A DNA stretch of 64,000 nt. Source: Thraustochytrium aureum (lineage: Eukaryota). The notes under the pieces were generated by a model. That model saw nothing but the letters and a program-made list of their open reading frames with translations. It did not search any database and was not told the origin of the DNA. Made by a program: the position numbers and the translations under genes. The stretch spans positions 113,826 to 177,825 of the forward strand of contig BLSG01000105.1 of NCBI GenBank assembly GCA_012862495.1, given 5' to 3'. Positions 57,534 to 64,000 of the stretch are shown in pieces (the stretch's first letter is position 1; each line of letters begins with the position of its first letter).

Positions 57534-57833
57534 CCTGCGGCAGCGACCGGCGTGGGTCGCGGGGACCTACTCCGCCGCCGTTCCTTGTCGTGCCACGTGC
57601 GCGCGCGACGCTTGCACGGAGGCTATGCGCGCACAGCTCAGCTCGGCAAGTCGCCCGGTCGTCAGTCAGTCAGGCAGGCCAACAGGCGGGGGGCGACAGG
57701 TCGGCAGGCCACAAGGCAGGCCACAAGGCGGGGGGCGTCAGGTCGGCAGGAGAGCCCGGCACGCAGGCGGGCGGGAAGAGCGGCCGGCAGCTGGATGGAA
57801 GCAGCGCTGCAGTCGAGCGGCGACCCACACGGA

Positions 57834-57952
57834 GCACGCTGCGAGGCAAGAGTCCTTCCTGCGCGTGCTGCTCTGCTCTGCTCTGCTCTGCACGCTGCGA
57901 GGCAAGAGTCCTTCCTGCGCGTGCTGCTCTGCTCTGCTCTGCTCTGCTCTGC
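57834..57952. repeat. 56-bp tandem duplication containing (CTCTG)n in the divergent TSR1/XRCC2 intergenic region
   Basis: gcacgctgcgaggcaagagtccttcctgcgcgtgctg(ctctg)n occurs at 57834 and 57890. Confidence 0.92.
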
Positions 57953-58426
57953 ATCCAACACTTGCACTTCCGCCGCTCACCAAATGCGTTCCGCAATGGT
58001 TGGCCGCTTCAAACGAACAAAAGATCCCTTCCTCCATCCCCGCAAAAGGAGAGGAACGAGCGCGCAAATCGTTTGAGAGGAACGCGCGGCAGTGCACACC
58101 TCGGCGCTGCGCTCCGAAACGGAATGGGTCGGAACGCGCCCGCCAGAGGTGTGTACCGGCAGGCAGAATGAGAGAGCAGCAGGGCTCAGTTCGGGATTGG
58201 GGCGAGTCAATGCGCGTGCCTCTCGAGGCGCTGGCGCTGTGCTTGGGCGAGACGCAGCGACGTGCGCGCTCTGTGTCTGCCTGGCCGTCAGGCTGCCTGC
58301 CTGGACTGGGGGCTTGACACCGCTCCGAACCGAGCGGCCTGCCCGATTCGCAAGCGCTCAATCAATCAATAGGTATACCTTCTTCTCCAACTTGGAGGTT
58401 CCACGCCTTGGCTGGCGAGTCCTTCG

Positions 58427-59299
58427 ATGATGGCTGCGTCGGGGGCAGCCCCCGCAGGCGCGGCTGCTGCAGCGGACGAGACTGCGCTCGATCTTTTTCA
58501 GCATGGGATCAGCACAACTGCTCGCTTGGCGACTTGGGGCGTCCCAGCTTTGGACGCCGCGAGACAACTGAGGCGGGGCGAGACCGTCAAGCTGCCCGAC
58601 CGCGGGTCTGCACCAGCTGGTAGGGACGTGGTCGAGCTCGCAGGGCGGAGCGGCTCGGGCAAAACGCAGCTCGCCGCACACGCGGCCGTGACCTGCGTGC
58701 TGCCGGAGCAGCTGGGCGGGTCGGGCGGGTCGGTCCTTTACTTTGATTCTGAGTGGCGCCTTGATGCCAAGCGCGTCGTCGAGATGCTGCTGACGCGCAT
58801 CGAGGCGGCCATTGACCAGGGCCTGGCCACTGAAGAGAGTGGCAGGGACCTCGCCCTCGGTTGCCTCAAGCGCATCATTGTGTTCCGGTGCGCGAGCAGT
58901 CTGGAAGTACTGAGCACGCTGCACTCTTTCACAGACGCGTTTCTCAAGCGGGAAAATGTCAAGCTGGTCGTCTTTGACTCGATCAGCAGCTTCTACTGGG
59001 CAGACCTCGAGACGGAGGAGGTTGGCGCGGGCTTCCACGTCTCGGTCCCGGCCGCCATCCGCGAGCTCATACGGCGGTATCCGGTCAGCGTTCTGGCGAC
59101 GCGCGCGGCGCTGTTCCAGCCCACCCCGCGCGACCCTTGCCCAGAGTACCTTTCACAGACCTGGCGCAACTTGGTGTCCTTGCGGCTGCACGCAGAGGCG
59201 GCCGCAGGTGGCGCGCTCTTCAAGGTGAGCGACTTGGACCGGGGCGGAGCGCTGTTCGAGTTCTCGGTGAGCGCTGGCGGTCTTGTACCGTGCGAGTAG
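58427..59299 (+). CDS. XRCC2: RAD51 paralog, XRCC2-like
   Basis: Walker A VVELAGRSGSGKT, CVLPEQLGG, Walker B VVFDSISSFYWAD, EYLSQTWRNLV. No N-terminal HhH domain, as in XRCC2. Confidence 0.85.
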   Translation: MMAASGAAPAGAAAAADETALDLFQHGISTTARLATWGVPALDAARQLRRGETVKLPDRGSAPAGRDVVELAGRSGSGKTQLAAHAAVTCVLPEQLGGSGGSVLYFDSEWRLDAKRVVEMLLTRIEAAIDQGLATEESGRDLALGCLKRIIVFRCASSLEVLSTLHSFTDAFLKRENVKLVVFDSISSFYWADLETEEVGAGFHVSVPAAIRELIRRYPVSVLATRAALFQPTPRDPCPEYLSQTWRNLVSLRLHAEAAAGGALFKVSDLDRGGALFEFSVSAGGLVPCE

Positions 59300-61610
59300 C
59301 GGGGGATTCGCATTGCGCGACGAGTTGCAAGTCCTCTGCTGCAAGGTGTTGGCCTCGCCCGGCGCCGAGGCGACCAAGCTGATTTTTTAACTTTCCTTGC
59401 CGGCAGAGTGACCTCCTAAATTGAAAAGAAAACTGCTGCTGGCTCCGCCTGACCTAAAAAGGTTCGGCGGCGCCGTTTCGTTCATCAGGTCGCGCTTCTA
59501 GCGCTAGAACAACTTATAAACTTGCTCGAGTAGGTACTCTCGAAGTGGGCATCACGAATTGATCGAGACACCGCCGCACTGTGACGATCGACCGGCATTG
59601 GTTGGCTCACCAAGCGGACGCGCCTGATTCGAGTGATGTCCAACACGGACGGAACCCTCATTTTGGTGGGCCACCGCCGCACCGAAGGTCCCAACTATGC
59701 CCACTTCTTTCTCTCACGCAGCGCCGTGCCGCTCGCTGCTCCTCTTCATCCATCGATGGCTTCCGCAGTCGACAACGACAGCTGGAACAAGCACTCGGAG
59801 CTACGGGAACGGCGCCTGAATTGCGCCTGCATTGCGGACAACGCGCACAAGCGCGGGGACGGGCGGCAGNNNNNNNNNNNNNNNNNNNNNNNNNNNNNNN
59901 NNNNNNNNNNNNNNNNNNNNNNNNNNNNNNNNNNNNNNNNNNNNNNNNNNNNNNNNNNNNNNNNNNNNNNNNNNNNNNNNNNNNNNNNNNNNNNNNNNNN
60001 NNNNNNNNNNNNNNNNNNNNNNNNNNNNNNNNNNNNNNNNNNNNNNNNNNNNNNNNNNNNNNNNNNNNNNNNNNNNNNNNNNNNNNNNNNNNNNNNNNNN
60101 NNNNNNNNNNNNNNNNNNNNNNNNNNNNNNNNNNNNNNNNNNNNNNNNNNNNNNNNNNNNNNNNNNNNNNNNNNNNNNNNNNNNNNNNNNNNNNNNNNNN
60201 NNNNNNNNNNNNNNNNNNNNNNNNNNNNNNNNNNNNNNNNNNNNNNNNNNNNNNNNNNNNNNNNNNNNNNNNNNNNNCGGGACACTTTGCGCCATCGGCC
60301 GCTGCTCGGCTCAACTTGGACTGGTCGGTTCGGACACGCGACTGCCCCACGCGTTTCGCCGCAGTCTGCGACGTACTCTGCGGTGTGTGCAAAGCGCGAG
60401 ATCACTGAGCCGCCGGCTTGCCGGACGGCCGCAGCATGGGACGCTCGCTCCTCGAGGGCGCGTGCCCATCGCCCAGCTGCAAACGGAGCTCCGCTTGGCA
60501 CGGCGTGCAGTGCGACTACCGCTTTCGGCTTGGTTTCGGCAGCGAGTCCACGTGGACTGGCCTCCAACCGGTACACCTGCGAGCTCGTAGGTGGGTGGCC
60601 CAGTCGACCAAGACCAGTCCATTCCTCGCTCAGCGCCGATCGACGCGGAAGATCGAGTAGGGGTGTAGTACGTGCTCAGCAGAGTAGAGCAGAGGAGTAC
60701 CGGTACATACTCCTCTTTCCTCTTCTCTGCTGCTCAGGCTGGCAGGTTGTGCAGATTTCAGACCGGCGAGACTGACATGTGAGCTGTCCTGACTCTGAGT
60801 GCCGTTCGCCGGACACCTTCACAAGCTCCTCCACCACCGTCTGTGACGTCCTTGCCTGCCTGCCTGCCTGCCTGCCTCTGCCAGCCTGCCAGTGGCGGTG
60901 TGCACGGCCGAACTGCACCGTGGAGCAGAGGGAGTTCTGGCGGCGGAGAAGCAGCAACGTGCACACGCTGGATGGAATCATTGGAATGTGCGAATTCCTT
61001 GCCACCATCATCATTTGGCTCTTTGGCTCATGTTCCTTGCGACACCGCGTTGGACTCGCTCGCAGGCCAGCAGCGGCAGCCGATTGCCGAGCCATCCACC
61101 GACCGATCGAGTGCTTGCTCCAGTGGCTGGCGGAGAGGGATCTTGGCAAGCCGTTCTATTCGAAGAGAGCCACCTCAGGCTCAGGCCCGGGCTCGTGATC
61201 GTAACTCGCTCGCTCGAGGCGCATGCAGGCGAGATCCCTCGCGTCAAGAGTCGCCCGGTTGCTGATGAAACAACACAGCTGCAGTTGCGTGAGGGAAGTG
61301 GACTGGCACGAGGCTCCCACGAGTGTTCTTGGGCACCTGCACAGACTCGGGAGAGGCTCGAGCGTGATGAGCTTTGGCAATTCTCGGGTGTGAGCAAGGA
61401 GTGTTCTTGATCCGCCAGAGAGCGGCAGCGGCGGCCGCTGGTGTCGCAATGTGAGTTCTTCGCAGCTTTTCCAACGACAGACCACCTCCGTTGTGCATTG
61501 CACCAGATCAGCAAACACCGATCTGCAGTTTGGTCAGAGCCGCTGCGTGTCCCGCTCTACCAGTCAGTCGTTGAGGACTACGCACGCACGCGCGCGCGCC
61601 CGAGGCAAGG

Positions 61611-62859
61611 ATGAGCGACCCGATCGTGCCGTGCACGGAGGACGACGAATGCGGAATCGCGCGGATCTGCATCTCGGCCAACGCGTCGTGGAACGAGAAC
61701 GGGTTCGACTATTGTGATTGCAACACGTGGTACGGCTGGACGGGCCCGGACTGCATGGGCTTCACTAGCACGTCCTACTTTGCAATGGCCTACACCAGTG
61801 CGCAGCTCCTGGTGATCCTGTTCTTTCTCAAGCTGCTTTTACCCGACGTGTTCAAGCTGCTGCGCGTGTTCGGACGTGAGCTCAAGCTCAGCGCGAGCGT
61901 ATCAACGCTTTTCATGGTCGCATTTACCTTCACGCTGCTCTTCGTTTGGCGCCTNNNNNNNNNNNNNNNNNNNNNNNNNNNNNNNNNNNNNNNNNNNNNN
62001 NNCAGGCCGACGACCGGGTCATCCAAGCTGGCGACACGCCGCACGGGCTGACCTTCTCGTCGTGACGCGACCGGTCGTCGTGCTGACGCAAATCTTCAGC
62101 TTCACGGCTGCGCTCACCGTTTCGGTGATCTGGGTCGAGGTCGCCCAGGCCAGTCGTTCCATGAGCACCAAGCTCGTCGAGAATGTCACGCGCTACAAGA
62201 GGGTGGTGCTCGCCATTGAGGTGCTCTTTGGGCTCATCATGATCACCTGCGCCGCGCTGGGCCGCTTCGACATGAGCTCGGTGGTTTCCATGCCGTTCCT
62301 CATACTCCTACTAGTCTGCTACGCGATCGGCCGCTGGCGCATGAGCAAGCTACTGCGCGAGGCTCTCTCGCAGCACAGCGGGAGCGACTCGGGGCCAAGC
62401 TCTGGACCGCAGAGCAGCGGAGACGGCGGCTCGTTCTTTGGAACCGGCAAGGCCAAGCCCAAAGTTGTCAAGGACATGGCGCACCGGACGAGGCGTGCGC
62501 TTCGCGCGATCAACCGCACGGCGGGCCACGTCATGATCGCGCTGTTTCTCCTCATTGTGTCAGGCGTTCTCTACTATGGGGTAAACGCGCTTCCTGCCGC
62601 GGGTTGGCAGGAGTACGCCCCGAAGGACCGCTTCTCGCTGGCCGTGGCGGTCGCCAGCTTTGTGCCCTGGTCGATGATCTACATCAACGGGGCGGTGGCC
62701 GTCTATTCGCACCGCAACATTTCCAAGCTCATTCGCAAGCGCACTGGCGTTGCAGACACCAGCGGCGCGGGCTCCGTGTCCAATATGCTCAGCTCGTCAA
62801 TGCCGGATCAGTTCGAGTCGTTCAACCCGACGGCGACCGAAGTTGACAGCACAGTGTAG
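61611..62859 (+). CDS. Multi-pass (about 7TM, GPCR-like) protein with N-terminal EGF-like Cys domain; small gap 61955-62002
   Basis: CTEDDEC..IC...CDCNTWYGWTGPDC followed by about 7 hydrophobic helices across ORFs 61611-62051 and 61876-62859. Confidence 0.7.
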
Positions 62860-63322
62860 ACCTACCTGGCTTGACTGTGATCACTTTGGTGTGCCGGGTG
62901 TCAACGTGTCTCCTAGTTCTTGACTCTCTGTCTGCCTGCATACTCTACGATAGATCGATCCTGCCTGCCTGCGCGCCGTAGCCTTTAAAAATCAGTCAAT
63001 TTCGTTTCGATGGCGCCTTTGCGACCCCAGGCTCGGTTCGATTCTACGCGCTGCTGCCAGCGGTGCTGCGGAAGAGGAGAATCGAGGCGTTTGTATCTAG
63101 ATGCTGCGCCTTTGGCGAGGTCGACAGCGAGCACAGCCGGCAGTCCGCGCGACGAAGCGGACCCGGAGCAGGCTTGCTTGGTCAGGAAGTCAACCCAGGA
63201 ACGCCATGGAGTGTCAAGACCGATCTTGTCTGACTCTTGTCTCAAGAAACCAACTGTCCATTCATCTGCAATACATCTACATATAACCAACGCCAGAAGC
63301 GCTCCCGACGACAGGGCTCTCG

Positions 63323-64000
63323 CTACAGGCAGAAGAGTAGGTCCTCCATTTCTTCCCTGGAAGACCCCGAGTTGGTCGCGCTCCCCCCGGATGACGAGGC
63401 CGTGGACGAGGCCGCCGAGCTCGCCGAGTTGCCCGTTCCCAAGGACCCCTGAGAACCATTCACAGACCCATTCGAGGTCACGTTCTGCTTGCCGTACTTG
63501 GCTCGCTTTGCGCTGAGCTCAACCTTTGCGACAGCTTGCATCTCAATGTGTTCGCGCTCCTCGCGCTGCAAAACGAGGTGCGGGTACCCAGGAGAAAGGC
63601 GATCGGCAGCATGCAGGCGGAACAACTCGGGAAAGGCAACCGATAGAACCGACCGAAACCTGGGCGCCTCCGCAATCGTGGAAAGGTACTCGGCAACGCG
63701 AGGAAAGCCGCGGTCTGCCAGCGGCAACTTGACCCCAAACGACAAGGCGTCCATTACAAACCGAAGCTGCGAAAACACCAAAATGTCGGCAAGACCCAAC
63801 GCGCTTCCGCACAGGTACGGGCCGCGGGAGCTTTCCATGACGCCCTCAAGGGCCTGCAGGAGACCTTCGAAACGTGCAAGCACGCAGAGGCTGTCGCGCT
63901 CCTTGTTGGACCGCGTTGCCATCGTATCGAGACGCATGCGCGCGAGCGCGTCCTTCTCATTGCGTTCGATCAATGGCGTCAACTTGATCAGCTCGTTGCC
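63323..64000 (-). CDS. Glutathione S-transferase C-terminal domain protein, 5' partial
   Basis: LEGVMESSRGPYLCGSALGLADILVFSQL...FPRVAEYLSTIAEAPRF is a GST-C helix 6/7 signature. Confidence 0.75.
   Translation of the reverse strand, partial: GNELIKLTPLIERNEKDALARMRLDTMATRSNKERDSLCVLARFEGLLQALEGVMESSRGPYLCGSALGLADILVFSQLRFVMDALSFGVKLPLADRGFPRVAEYLSTIAEAPRFRSVLSVAFPELFRLHAADRLSPGYPHLVLQREEREHIEMQAVAKVELSAKRAKYGKQNVTSNGSVNGSQGSLGTGNSASSAASSTASSSGGSATNSGSSREEMEDLLFCL

Noticed and set aside
59400..61500. Possible genes or mobile element between XRCC2 and the 7TM gene
   Set aside because: Only short ORFs without recognisable motifs or the GC3 bias seen in the real genes.

Overview
GC-rich, gene-dense, intron-poor eukaryotic scaffold with about 20 N-gaps and recurrent single-base frameshifts, most at homopolymers and so likely sequencing errors. 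Gene content and short GT-AG introns with CTGAC branch points suggest a stramenopile or labyrinthulomycete-like protist; this is an inference. About 25 protein genes can be delimited. The recognisable ones are a KICS2/C12orf66-like protein, SNM1/PSO2 nuclease, a CNBD K+ channel, 5'-nucleotidase, WDR61/Ski8, a divergent Rab, an mRNA cap methyltransferase, a voltage-sensor adenylyl cyclase, MOB1, PITHD1, an ACL5-like aminopropyltransferase, a CDK, a HET/TIR-like ankyrin protein, a Cav-like channel, TSR1, XRCC2, an EGF-7TM protein and a GST-C protein. Three observations stand out. (1) A roughly 545-nt, extensively base-paired non-coding RNA candidate at 29541-30098, with a USE/TATA-like promoter and T-run terminator, which I cannot assign to a known family. 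(2) A cap guanine-N7 methyltransferase fused to Cet1-like triphosphate-tunnel motifs with no guanylyltransferase between them. (3) A Cav-like channel in which only three of four repeats are visible. No CRISPR, rRNA, tRNA or recognisable transposase was seen.
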